Source of the DNA: Octopus vulgaris
Taxonomy: Eukaryota
Length of the DNA: 64,000 nucleotides
Direction of reading: 5' to 3'
Assembly (NCBI GenBank): GCA_951406725.2
Contig: OX597822.1
Span: forward strand, 15,562,001 to 15,626,000
Of this stretch, positions 51,757 to 64,000 are shown one piece after another (within the stretch, counting starts at the first letter, position 1; each line of letters starts with the position of its first letter). Under the pieces are notes generated by a model. It ran no database searches. It was given only the letters and a program-made list of their open reading frames with translations, and had not been told where the DNA came from. The translations under genes and the position numbers were made by a program.

Positions 51757-53834
51757 TATATATATATACACATATATATGTACGCAGTTGTCTAAATATA
51801 CGTATATGTACACAGACGCATATATGCGTGTGTACCTGTGTGTGTGTGAGTCTGTTTGTGTGCTTATGTGTGTGTGTGTGTGTGTGTGTATGTGCGTGTA
51901 TGTACACAAACACGCACAAATATGTAGACGTGAAACATTGATACATGATGCCACGCAGTGGGTTCGAACCTAGGAACTCGTGATTTGGGCAACGAACGTC
52001 TTAGTCTTTCAGTCACACTCACATCACACAAGTACAAACATACGCACGCATACACACACACACACACAAACACACATATGATACAAATAAGCACACATAC
52101 ATATAAACACAAATACACATACAAAATACACACGAAATTTAACAGAATATAAAAGCTTATAATAATGATACACGTGTATTTATTGTCAAGCTGATCGATT
52201 CCAGATCGATTGGTTGTCAGCAAAGTCGGATATCGCCTTCAACCTTTAGATGAGTATTGTGCTTGGTTTTATTTGTTTGTTGTTGTTCTTCTTCTGTTCA
52301 TATATTTGCTGAACCCTAAATGCCTTTCTCCCATAAATATGATGCGTCGAACAGGAGCAGGATTTCTGTTTTTGAACAACTTGGGTACTGTTGAAAAGAT
52401 ATAAATTTACTTCAAAATCTTTGATAATCGAAAGGCAGAAAAATATTTCTATAGTCGTTGCCGAAGAGTCAAAGCGGTTCCACTCTACAAACACAATTAA
52501 TGGATCGCTTTGGAGCTGTGTTGCAATATCGAAGCCTGATAGAACATGAGCGCAACTATCCATGCGCAAGATTATTGGACAAATAACCAAACGATCACAT
52601 AGGAAGAATGCAAGAATAAACGAGGCACCTTGAGACAATAAATGCACCAAATTTTCCATGGAGATATTCGGTTATGTCAAATTAAAAATTCCATAAGTAT
52701 GTACAAGCTAAAGTACATTCTTTCCAAATGTATATAGCACTGGAAGCATCCTGTACATTGTAAGTTCCAGTTGCATCCAACTGAAATGTAGGCCTTTCAA
52801 CGGAGTAAATTTCATCAAAGACTTGTTGTAGAACACGGTGACCCAAGAGAAACTGACTGACCCGGTTATTCTTGGAATCTAGTTTAATGAATCATTAATA
52901 TTTGATTTTAAAAGGAACACGTGAAGGCTGTCTTTTAGTTAATGGTAAGGATTCTCAATTCTAAATTCCTGGATACTTTGAAGAAATTTCTGACTATGTT
53001 TTTGTATTTTCATTAATTAATTCTTTCATCTGAAGGGAAGTTTACTTGTTAATGTTGGACGTTAACGATCTTTTCCCCATAGAAAATTTCGTAAAATAAA
53101 TCGAATCCTGGTCCAGAAGCCATTTTATTGGACAGCCGCAGATTTATTTTATCAGTTTGGTTGAATTTCGGATATTTCCTTAAAAACTTTATCTAATTAA
53201 GACACTTATCAGAAATTGTACAGAATAACAAAAGTATGCAAAATACTTTGATATTCAGTAAGCGTTGTCATATAACCGCATTTTATCTGACTTGAAACAT
53301 GACTTAAAACATGACCTGATATTGCTCACCTTCAAGTAGGAGAGCTTCCTATGCTTAGGATCCATCACTGCGTGTAGTGGTCCTACACATGCACACACGC
53401 GCGTGCGCGCACGCACAAAAGTACACAGACGATATATGTGTGTACAAATATGTTTCTGCGTGTGTATGCACGCGTGTGTGAGTTGCGCGAGCGTGTAGTT
53501 GTCTATGCCTGAGGGAATGTAAGCGGTATTCATTTCCTCCCACTCTAATATTTCTACACATAGAAAATAGTTACTGCGGCTTTTCTATACTCTTTACTCC
53601 CTTTTACTCTTTTAGTTGTTTCAGTCATTTGACCGTGGCCATGCTGGAGCACCGCCTTTAGTCGAGCAAATAGACCCGAAGACTTATTTTTTGTAAGCCT
53701 GGTACTTATTCTATCGGTCTCTTTTTGCCGAACCGCTAGTTACGGGGACTTAAACGCACCAGCATCGGTTGCCAAGTGATGTGGGGGGGGGGGGGGACAA
53801 ACACAAACACGCAAACATACACACACACAAATAT

Positions 53835-54392
53835 ATATATATTAATAAATAAAACATATGCATATATATAAACATATATGTACGTACCTACCTCTACATG
53901 TACATATACACGCATATATGATTACAGGACACCAAAAGGACGTCGAACACAATCAGAAACGAAGACATAGACACAAACCAAAGGAACTGGACAACAAAAA
54001 AAAATAGAGTACAGGACAATTAACACAAAGAAAAAAACCCTTCTTCAGTCGCTATGGTTTCATCTACTCTACGTTTCGAAGGATAAAAGCGAGACGTATC
54101 TTCGACAAGAAACTTTCCTTCCTGCGAAAAGCAAATCAATTAAAATTCTGCGATCTTTTCGCAGAGGGGTAAAAAATGGTAACAAAAACAAGACAGTAAC
54201 GACAGTACAAATTATAAACAGTAAAAGACAGGACAAGGAAAAACAAGATAAGAAGGGCTGTTAACGCCGAACGAAAAAAGTATTGCGAACGCGGAATTTT
54301 TTATGAACGACGAGCGGAGCAAAAAGAATTGCCGTCCATTACCTTGAGAGGGCCAGGCCAGAAAGACAGCAGCAGAAGTCTCGTCGCGGGTG
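53835..54392 (-). mobile_element. Terminal-repeat-like element, probably PLE-derived, related to 23700-24305
   Basis: Homologous blocks with the 23.7-kb copy; inserted in the SINE (TA)n; carries a permuted hammerhead. Confidence 0.6.
54038..54098 (-). ncRNA. Candidate non-circularly permuted (pseudoknotted) hammerhead ribozyme
   Basis: tacg-TC-tcgct-tttatccttc-GAAA-cgta-gagtagatgaaaccat-agcga-CTGAAGA-aggg; helix III tacgU/Acgta, helix I tcgct/agcga, weak helix II aggg/cctt; GUC triplet. Confidence 0.65.
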
Positions 54393-54652
54393 AACGACGG
54401 GATATACGACGGGCTTCATTCAGTTTCCGTCTCCCAAATCCATTCACGAGGCTTTGGTTGGCCCGAGGTTATAGTAGAAGACACTAGTGGAAGGTGCCTG
54501 CCAAGCAGTGGAACTGAACCTGGAACCATGTGGTTGGTAAGCAAGCTACTTACCACACAGCCACTCCTACGCCTATCGCTTCTTTATTTCAATATTTTGC
54601 CTTTACTCCCACCGTTTTCAACAGGACTTTGGCTTTCTTATATTCATAATAA

Positions 54653-54867
54653 GGCGGCGAGCTGGCAGAAACGTTAGCACGCCAGGCGAAATACTTAGTG
54701 GTATTTCGTCTCTCTTTACGTTCTGAGTTCAAATTCCGCCGAGGTCGACTCCACCATTCATCTTTCCGGGGTCGATTAATTAAGTACCATTTGCGTACTG
54801 GGGTCGATCTAATCGAGTGGCTCCCTCCCCCCAAATTTGGGGCCTGGAGCCTAGAGTAGAAAAGATT
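54653..54867 (+). mobile_element. SINE family B, full length
   Basis: ggcggcgagctggcagaaacgttagc...gagttcaaattcc...ggggtcgattaattaagtacca. Confidence 0.92.
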
Positions 54868-55079
54868 TTTATAAACATTACGGATTTAAGTCAGTTTGCA
54901 TTCCATACAATCTGACATTTTACCTCTCTTTAAGTTCTAAATCACAAATCTGGAATGATACACCTGAGAATCTGATGATCTGCCAATAGCATAAAGGGTT
55001 TATGCCTAAAACAAGGGCATAAACACATGTTAATAGTTCTGATGTTAACGTACGTTAACATCAGTGCTTGGTTTGCTCT

Positions 55080-55165
55080 ATGTATATATATATACACATA
55101 TATATACACATATATATACATATATATATACCCATATATATATATATACATATATATATACATAC

Positions 55166-55196
<31 letters not shown>

Positions 55197-55350
55197 CATA
55201 TATATATACATACATATATATATATGTACATACGTATACACATATATATACACATATATACACATATATATACACATATATATATACATACATATATATA
55301 TATTTCTATATATGTATATACATATATATATATACATATTTATATATATC

Positions 55351-55393
<43 letters not shown>

Positions 55394-55565
55394 GTATATA
55401 CATATATATACACATATTTATATAGATGTGTATACATACATATATATATATATATACATATTTATATAAATGTATATACATACATATATATACATATTTA
55501 TATATATAAAGATGTATGCATATAAAACATACACTGATACACATATTCATATATACGTATATATA

Positions 55566-55613
<48 letters not shown>

Positions 55614-55700
55614 CATGTAGATGTGTGTATATACATGTATACACAAACACGCATATATATATATATATATATATTTACATATGTGTGTGTGTGTGTGTTT
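55080..55700. repeat. Degenerate (TA)n/(TATACA)n low-complexity tract
   Basis: Direct reading. Confidence 0.9.
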
Positions 55701-56481
55701 GTGCAGATATATACGCACATACGGACACGTGCATCTACTGAACTATTCTATTTCCGATATAGTTTACAACTTTTGCTTGTGTGTGTCTGTTTGATCCGTA
55801 TATGAAAGTTGCAAAGTTCGTACCTAACTGAAACACTGCAAACAAATTTAGACGAGAACAAATTCAATTCTAATATAAACCTTCACTTATATCTTCACAG
55901 CTGCTGCCAAAGTCCTTTCTTGTTTACAGTGGACATCAAAAGAATGCATCATATTGACAGAGAGGTAAATGGCAATTGGTCGTCAGCGTTAATGGAATTG
56001 GAATGCATTTGATGAAAGAAATATTTAAATATTTTAAAACTAAGTAACAGGTTTTATGCAAAACCATTAATGTCATTTTCTGTTGGATGTTTGGACATGT
56101 TTAAAGTAAATAAAGTATCCGATATATAATTTAATCAGAGACAGCAGCAAGTAAAACATTCCTATTTCAAATTCATATCTTTGACTTTTATGATGATTCT
56201 GGTTGCAGTAGTCGTAATAGTAGTATCATAATTAGGGAGTATGGATGTAATAATGCCAGCCAGCCTCCGTACATAGAGTCGGATATTAAATCGAGTTTCT
56301 ACACAGCTGATTTCATCTAAAATTGATATAGCATAGTTATATAATAGATTATGTAAATATTCCATTTAACAACGAATGAAATATACATTCTCTATTCACT
56401 AGAAACAAGCACGAATTGATGCGTTACTCTGAACGAATATAGCGTTTATTACAATCACACACATGCACAAACGTTCATGCG

Positions 56482-56600
<119 letters not shown>

Positions 56601-57503
56601 CACACATATATTCACATATACACAAATACACACACTTCAGTTATAAATATATATACATTATTTATATATATATGATCATACTAGGCATTTAAATTCATAG
56701 AGCTTTCATCAAAGGTTATTTGTATCTCTTGGTTTTAAAGTAAGAGATTCAGTAAAGTTTCAAATATTTTCCATATTGAAATGGAAACTTTATTTGATCA
56801 CCAAACATTCTGGCCATCATGCGCTGATATTTCTGGTGCCGTGTTTATATTTGCATGTTAATACTTGAGTAAATGCTTAGTGTTATCTATTTTCACTTGC
56901 CAGTTGGTAATTCTGTATAATAATTTGTTGACATAAATGACAGCTGTAAAAACGTTGCCAAATACTGCACTACATTCAGTTGCAATATATTTCACGTATC
57001 AAATATTCATGTTACGAGACGTCTGTTTGGACAATCTCGATCTCGATATACCACATTTATTATGGAATTTATAAAGTGATGCCATATTGATTCCTTTTGA
57101 CTGGGCGGAGGCCAATATATGTACGGAAGAGATACAGGCGATTCAATCGAACCCAATATATTATAGGCGTGAAATTTATCGATCCTGGAAGAGATGAAAA
57201 CAATATCGACCTCTTTAGGATTTGAACTCGGTATATGTTAGGAAAGATCTGCACACAAAAGTACCATATAGATCGAGATTTTACTACTTTCACAATCTCC
57301 ATCAAGGCGTATAGATTAAATATTGATCTTTCTACGAGAAGTAATGGTTATGGAACTCAACATACAGAAGGCTACATCAATAAAAATAACTACCGAAATG
57401 GTGCAGGATTGTATTTCTTCGGCTACATTTTTATTATATCTATTCTCAAAACACAACACTTTGGAACACGCACTATTTGGAAATGTATAGCATTAGATAC
57501 ATG

Positions 57504-57642
<139 letters not shown>

Positions 57643-58719
57643 AGTATGTGTGTGTGGTGGTCGTGGAGGAGGTGTAATTGAATAATCTAAGCAAACGGAT
57701 ACAGATCATGCAATGAGTATATTGTTCAGTTAGCTGCAATGATGTGTCAAAATGCAATTGCCAGTTTGTATTACATGGACATTAAATAGGGTTTGTCATA
57801 AACACCTTGAAGCACTAACGAAAATAGATGACGTTAGTAGCCATCCCTTGTTACGCGCACTTTCCTGTGCACAATGCGTTCATACAGAATGCCATGACTC
57901 ATACAGTAAGCGTTGTCATATAATCGTAGTTTATTTATATGAAGATATATGCATTGGCAGCACCAAACGATTAAGAAATTTGCTTCGTGTTGAAGAGTGG
58001 CACTTGGGGAAATGGAGCTTAGTGTCAGCACAAGGAGCGCCAACGAAATCTGGTAGACGTAAATATGCCGACAGTCACCTTGAATGTACAGTGCAGTTAC
58101 ATATATTGAGTGCCGCCTAGATAATGCTTCAACATGGAATTATGGGTACAAAAATGTGCCGGTGGTATCGTCATCTACGTTTCTTATGATTAATAAGTAA
58201 TTCTGTTGAACGATTGAATGGTTCCTTGTCGTCATAACCAAACGGGAATCGCATGCTTTTATATAATTGAGCATGAAGGAAACGAAATCTGAAGCGCACA
58301 CAGTTATAGATGCAATCAAACACATATCCATTTGGTAAATCGGAAGTAGTTGTTTGATTGCTGGTTATGCTATATTCTTTGTACGGTGTCAGCAAAGAGA
58401 TGAAAGCTAGTATTTTCACAGAGCATCAGGTTTTGAAGTAGATAAAGGTAAGTCTTTCAATCTAGAGTTATATCGAACACTCGCACATATATTTCTCTGT
58501 CTTTCAAGTCTCTCACTTCGCCAAACACATTCATAGACAAACACATTTAAATATACACATACATACATTGCATACAAGCATATATATACATGTATGTATG
58601 TGTACATACATACACACGCATAATGTTGGTCGGGTATGGCTACGTGATTATGAAGTCTGCTACATAACCAGGAGGTACCAGATTCGATGCCACTGTCTGA
58701 CATTTTGGATATTTTAGAT

Positions 58720-59030
58720 GCACACATCGATCCCATATCTTATTTCTTCAAGTCTAGTACTTACTCCACACTTTCCCTTGTCGAACTGCTAACGTTAAGA
58801 GGAAGGATACGAACAAACCGTCGGAGAGACACGTGCGCGCACAAACACACACGCACATACACACGCACGCGCGCACAAACACACACACACATACACACGT
58901 ACGCACACACAGAAACACATATAGCTTCTCCACCACATCTATTCACAAGGTGGTTGGGCCGGAGCTATAGCAGATGTATTCGCCCAATATGCCGCACATT
59001 GACAATGAGCCAGAAGCCATTTGGTTACAG
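58720..59030 (-). mobile_element. Highly diverged SINE family A
   Basis: aagtctagtacttactc...gaactgctaacgtta...ggccggagctatagcaga. Confidence 0.5.
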
Positions 59031-59974
59031 TTCTGGCTGCGCCTATGCGAACGCCTGACAAGACCCATCCTACGGTTATAGTCAGACATTAACTAACTAA
59101 AATTGGCAGCTTACGAACCTTCAAGCTTAAAATAATATCTAACTCTTCACAATATTATCCGTATGATCATTAGCAATTCTGTTTTTAAATTTCTCCATTT
59201 TGAATATATTTCATACTTAATCGGTTTTATGTATTTACATCATATCATTTAAATGGTTCTTGTAAAATTATTTTCATATGCAAATAATGATTTTATGTAA
59301 AATAGGTATGAAGAAGCGTGAAGCGCAATCAGCCGGCTTGAAGATATAAGTTAGTTTATCAACCGTTTGTTTAATAATTCGCATATTATGGCCATTTAAC
59401 ATATGAATATACTGGGGATGAATAATTTAGTTGAATAGTTCTCATATCGAATTTCTCTGGAGTTCTTTGTTAAATCCTTTAAATGCTGAAGTTATTTCGT
59501 AAGAATTTATTTCAACCGCTAACGGCTGGGGTAGCGAATACCGCGAATGGTGACAAAAAGGACTCTGGAAAGACTCGCCGATTGGCCAAAGGCTTGATCA
59601 AACAGGGAGGTAGTTACCTGACCAAATGGTTAATCAGTTGATTACTTACAATCAGAGAAAGGAAATATTATTAGCGCGTGTTTTGTATGGGCACAAGGAC
59701 CCACTTGTAAATATATATAGTGTTCCAGAGAGTTTTTGGTGCGATGTATTCCTACAGCACAAAATATGCCGTATGTACTAATAAACATATGTGGACATAG
59801 TTATATTTTCGTATACACACACTAAATCAATTACTTGCACCAACATGGTTGGTTGTTATAGAAAGGTGTTTTTTGAAAAATTTTAATTGATTGAATGTGT
59901 ATACACACAGATACATGCGGGAGCAGAAAATCCTGTGACAGGGAGATAGGATTTTCACATATATTTAAATTTGA

Positions 59975-60090
59975 GTGTGTAACTGGTACTTATTTCATTG
60001 ACCCCGAACGAATGAAATGCCAAGTCGACCTCGGCGGAATTTGAGCTGAGAACAAAAACGGACAAAATGTCAATCTGCCAGCTCGCTGCA
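59975..60090 (-). mobile_element. SINE family B, diverged
   Basis: aactggtacttatttcattgaccccgaacgaatgaaa..aagtcgacctcggcggaattt..ctgccagctcg. Confidence 0.8.
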
Positions 60091-60099
60091 TTGAGGAAT

Positions 60100-60288
60100 G
60101 TTAATAAGTGTATCATAGACCACCTCTGTCCGGTATTGGCTATGATAGATCGCTAGCCACTAAACCTTTTTGATTTTCTCTCTCTGCTTATTTCTGCGTT
60201 CCTTTCTGTTGAGCGTAGGCTCGAAAAGTAAATGACGGGTTTACATACCCGTTTTCGTCTTTTATTTTCTCTTTTGTAAATTCTTACT

Positions 60289-60290
<2 letters not shown>
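60100..60290 (+). mobile_element. PLE-type terminal repeat, same family as 44065-44226, with deletions
   Basis: tttctgcgttcctttctgtt-gagcgtaggctc-gaaaagta. Confidence 0.55.
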
Positions 60291-60340
<50 letters not shown>

Positions 60341-60727
60341 ACGCGTATACATATATGAAGTGACCTTTCCATCGTGTTGGAAGTAGTTCACTGACTATTA
60401 AAGTGATCAAGCTTTCCGCGTTGCCATTGTAAGTTCTTTTCGTTGAGTGAAAGTCACAAAGCTGCGTATGAGAATAGCAGCTTGCCAAAGTATATCTCGA
60501 TGTATAGCAATGTGCCTTTTCAACAGCTGCTAGGTGTTGCCATCTTCTCGCATGCCCTAACTAACCTATGTTTTGTCGTTAACGTAGGTTAATTTACATT
60601 TCACCTCAATAATGATTTCTTCGTAGTGTGGTTAATAAGCCCAAAATTGGAATGACATGTATGATATATATATATATATAAAGACGAACGGACAGACAGG
60701 CAGGCAGACAGAGAGAGAGAGAGAAGC

Positions 60728-60812
<85 letters not shown>

Positions 60813-61500
60813 CGCAGACGTATATACAGATATCCACACGTTAGTCTTTTGTTTCCATATTCCCTCTCAAATATATTTGCACTTAAATCTAAAGATCGAA
60901 ATACTTGAATATTTCCATGGTAACATATTCGGTAGGAAGTTCATGAAAATGACTTACTATAAATTTTCGCAAAACAAATATTAAAAGTTTGAAGTGAATT
61001 TTATTTAATTTCATAATTAGCGAATACAGACGAAATGAGATTTCATCTTCCTGGAGGTAGCAGACTGTAAATCCTCCTGCAGAGGACCGTGAACGGTTGA
61101 GATTAAACAACTCTTTTTCAAAAGTATAATTACATTATCGTGCTTCCCATTCATCTTCTCTTTGGCAGTTTCATTATCTAAGCTGTGAAGATTTCCATAA
61201 GGTGTTCTTGTTCAAGTCTGGAAAATGTTGCTACTGTAATAGAAATTTAAAATCCCCTTCGAAGTCTGGTTTCTTCACCAAACTTGTGTTAATTTAGACT
61301 GATGTTTTCATGTGCCCTTTGGTCCTGCTCCACACACATTAGAAGTACAGAAGTATTGATTAGGAATATAATTTAGAATATACACGAAAATTTATTCGAA
61401 ATATATATCTTCAAAAGATTGCTGCACTAAAACTGATATAAAATCTTCAGATAGTATTAACAAGATACACATGGTTTCCTTTTGTATGTGCATTTGGAGC

Positions 61501-61584
<84 letters not shown>

Positions 61585-62561
61585 CTCCAAATATATATAT
61601 ATATATATATAGTCAATAAATGGTGGCGTTGTATTAACCGCAGTTGGAGAAATGATACGAGAGGCAAAATTATAATAATGCAGAATGCTAAATTGAAAGT
61701 AAATGTTAATAAAAATGAGTGTATGTAAAATTAAAAAAGATAAAAATAATAAATCAAACCGGCTTTTATTGCAAGGCAAATTTTCAAGATTTGGAAGGGG
61801 GAAAATAATTTTAAATTAAGGAAGGGTTCAAAAGAATGATAATACATATATACAAAAATTAATAAATAAGTATATCAATACATTGTAGAGTCTTATGCTT
61901 TATATATATATATATATATAACAGTTCATTTTTATGCATTTGAATGTAGGTAACAAATGTAGGTAATGTAGATAACGGATTAATTGATCGACTGAACGAG
62001 AGAACCTCTTAACGGTTGCTCGTTCTGCTAGAAATAGCAGCGAAATGAAGTGTAAGCGATTTCAAATAATCATTCACTCGGTAATGTACTTACTAATATA
62101 GACGAGGTATTGTCGGGGTTTGATAAGTGTGCTCCCCTTGTTTCAAACTTACTTGTGACTAAAACCATTTACAAAAGTTGAACAATATTGTTGGTAATAG
62201 CGCTCCAGATACATCGACTGAAGTTTTAAGACAACAATAATTTTGATCTCAGTATATTTTTAACTGAAATTTCAACAGAAGTAAAGACAGCATGCATGAA
62301 ATTTACTGAGTCTCCAAGAATAATAATATGAAGTGGCAACGTTATTTCCATAGAGGAGGGCCTGAAATGTCATGGAAATGTCATGGAATCATGAAGATGG
62401 AGGTGAAAGTAGCGACAACACAAGGAAGCAGAAATAAAAGAAATAGAATTAAAAAAGCTACGTAAAGATATCACCACCTCTGTTACTGAAATATGATTTG
62501 TGTGCTGAGTATTTCGTGGTTTGGTGTATGTATGCTTGTATATATATATATATACACACAC

Positions 62562-62938
62562 ATACTGTAAGGAAAATTATAGTCACCAACTAAACTTGAC
62601 TAAGGCTGTGCATATCAACTACATTGGTAGAAATAGGAGCTAAAATATTTCAAAGCACATAAAATATGCTCAGATATGGACTGCAATCGTTCCGACCACC
62701 GAACCGAGAATTCCTTAGACTGACCGGCCAGTTTCGGCTCTTTCCGTAGCTATCTTCAGTAAGGCCGGAACTGGCTGGTCAGTCTAAGGAATTCTCGGTT
62801 CGGTATTTTGGCCGATTGCAACCCCTGTTTAAGTATACGTTATGTACCTTGCATCATCAATGGAGTATTTTCGCTCCTATTTCTAGCGATACAGGCATTA
62901 TTCAAGTTTAGTTGACGACTAATTTTCCTTTACGGTAT
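62562..62938. mobile_element. ~375-bp fold-back element with a central hammerhead-like motif
   Basis: Inner arms 62698-62738 and 62764-62804 (39/41 complementary); outer arms diverged; minus strand CTGAAGA-tagct..agcc-GAAA-ctggccgg-TC. Confidence 0.7.
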
Positions 62939-63104
62939 AACGTTGCAAAACAGCTGGTTTTATTAATTCTACATATATTTCGTTTTCGTATTTGCTTTGC
63001 AAGATTCTTTATTGTGTCCGGGGAGAGTCATTCTGTTTTAATGCCTTATTAACACACTCACCGGTTCGATTTTCACGCATACAACATTACCCCAGACAAA
63101 ATTA

Positions 63105-63105
<1 letters not shown>

Positions 63106-63168
<63 letters not shown>

Positions 63169-63188
63169 ACACACACACACACACACAT

Positions 63189-63243
<55 letters not shown>
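63106..63243. repeat. (CA)n-(TA)n microsatellite
   Basis: Direct reading. Confidence 0.95.
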
Positions 63244-63244
<1 letters not shown>

Positions 63245-63726
63245 GTAGAGAAAGAGAGACAGAGGTAAATACAATAAACAATTTATTCAGATTGAGGAAG
63301 CTTGCCGTGTTGTACGAAAACATGATATAGGTTACCGAAACAGCATTAAATAAAATTTCAAATCTGCGTCATACAAAATATATCCATACCGTTAGAATAA
63401 ATAATACTGGAATTTTTTGAGAAAAAATCGATCGATAGACAAGTTATGATAACATCACAGTATGTATATATCAGAGCAAGATCATTGTCGGTGCAGTGAC
63501 TGGTTTCCAAATATCTAAGCAGGAATGTTGTTTAAACAGGAGGCAAAAGAGTGCCGGATATTGACAAGCCTCAATAAAATCATAAACGGCAGTCTAGTTC
63601 CAATGCATTTTGTGTTTATGCGGCAAGAAGTCTACGAAGAGGATTTATATCAGATCCACAGCATTACATCGTGTCTTGTAGCATTCTATAAACATTTACT
63701 ATGCTAAATCTCTCTCTCTCTCTCTC

Positions 63727-63762
<36 letters not shown>

Positions 63763-64000
63763 CAACAATTGAGGGTAAAATTAATTAATTATTAATCAAT
63801 TTCACCAAGTATTCAGTATGTAAAGGGACCATTTTAGGCGAATTCAAAATATTACATTATATATAAGGGCTTAGTAAAATAAATTACTTTGCCACATACT
63901 GAACTCATTAGAAATAGCAGCTAAAGAAATTTCTTCAGCTATTTCTAATACTTAAAGAAGATCTCTCTCACATAGTGCTTGCCTAAACCAACTCACAACT

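Larger units (their letters stand above)
53589..54573 (-). mobile_element. SINE family A split by a ~560-bp insertion in its internal microsatellite
   Basis: 3' part at 53589-53830; 5' part at 54402-54573. Confidence 0.88.

Noticed and set aside
59505-59620. GC-richer stretch; one frame gives GWGSEYR, like the SMAD MH2 motif GWGAEYR
   Set aside because: An in-frame stop follows, the flanking residues do not match, and there is no convincing splice acceptor.
63908-63949. Hairpin attagaaatagc...gctatttctaat containing a minus-strand CTGAAGA
   Set aside because: The hairpin is real and may be another fold-back remnant, but no complete HHR can be drawn and the element runs off the window end.

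Overview
AT-rich, microsatellite-dense eukaryotic intergenic or intronic DNA. The SINE families look like those of Octopus/cephalopods (my recognition, not a database result). I found no intact host protein-coding exon; almost all ORF-track entries are microsatellite translations or transposon debris. Contents: (i) more than 25 copies or fragments of four tRNA-derived SINE families; (ii) two or three Dong/R4-type RLE LINE remnants and an RTE fragment; (iii) two mariner, one Tc1/mariner DD37D-like and one hAT-like DNA transposon remnants; (iv) many Penelope-like element (PLE) pieces, including a 5'-truncated copy with a 522-codon open RT + GIY-YIG frame (41455-43020, minus strand). The PLE-type pieces carry about 11 hammerhead-ribozyme (HHR)-like motifs and several long fold-backs, mostly inside (TA)n tracts. 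The most unusual signal is a pair of related repeats (23847-23906 and 54038-54098, minus strand). Both contain all hammerhead core nucleotides in a non-circularly permuted, pseudoknotted order (NUH, then GAAA, then CUGANGA), with compensatory helix changes between copies. All structures were derived by eye; none was computed or tested.
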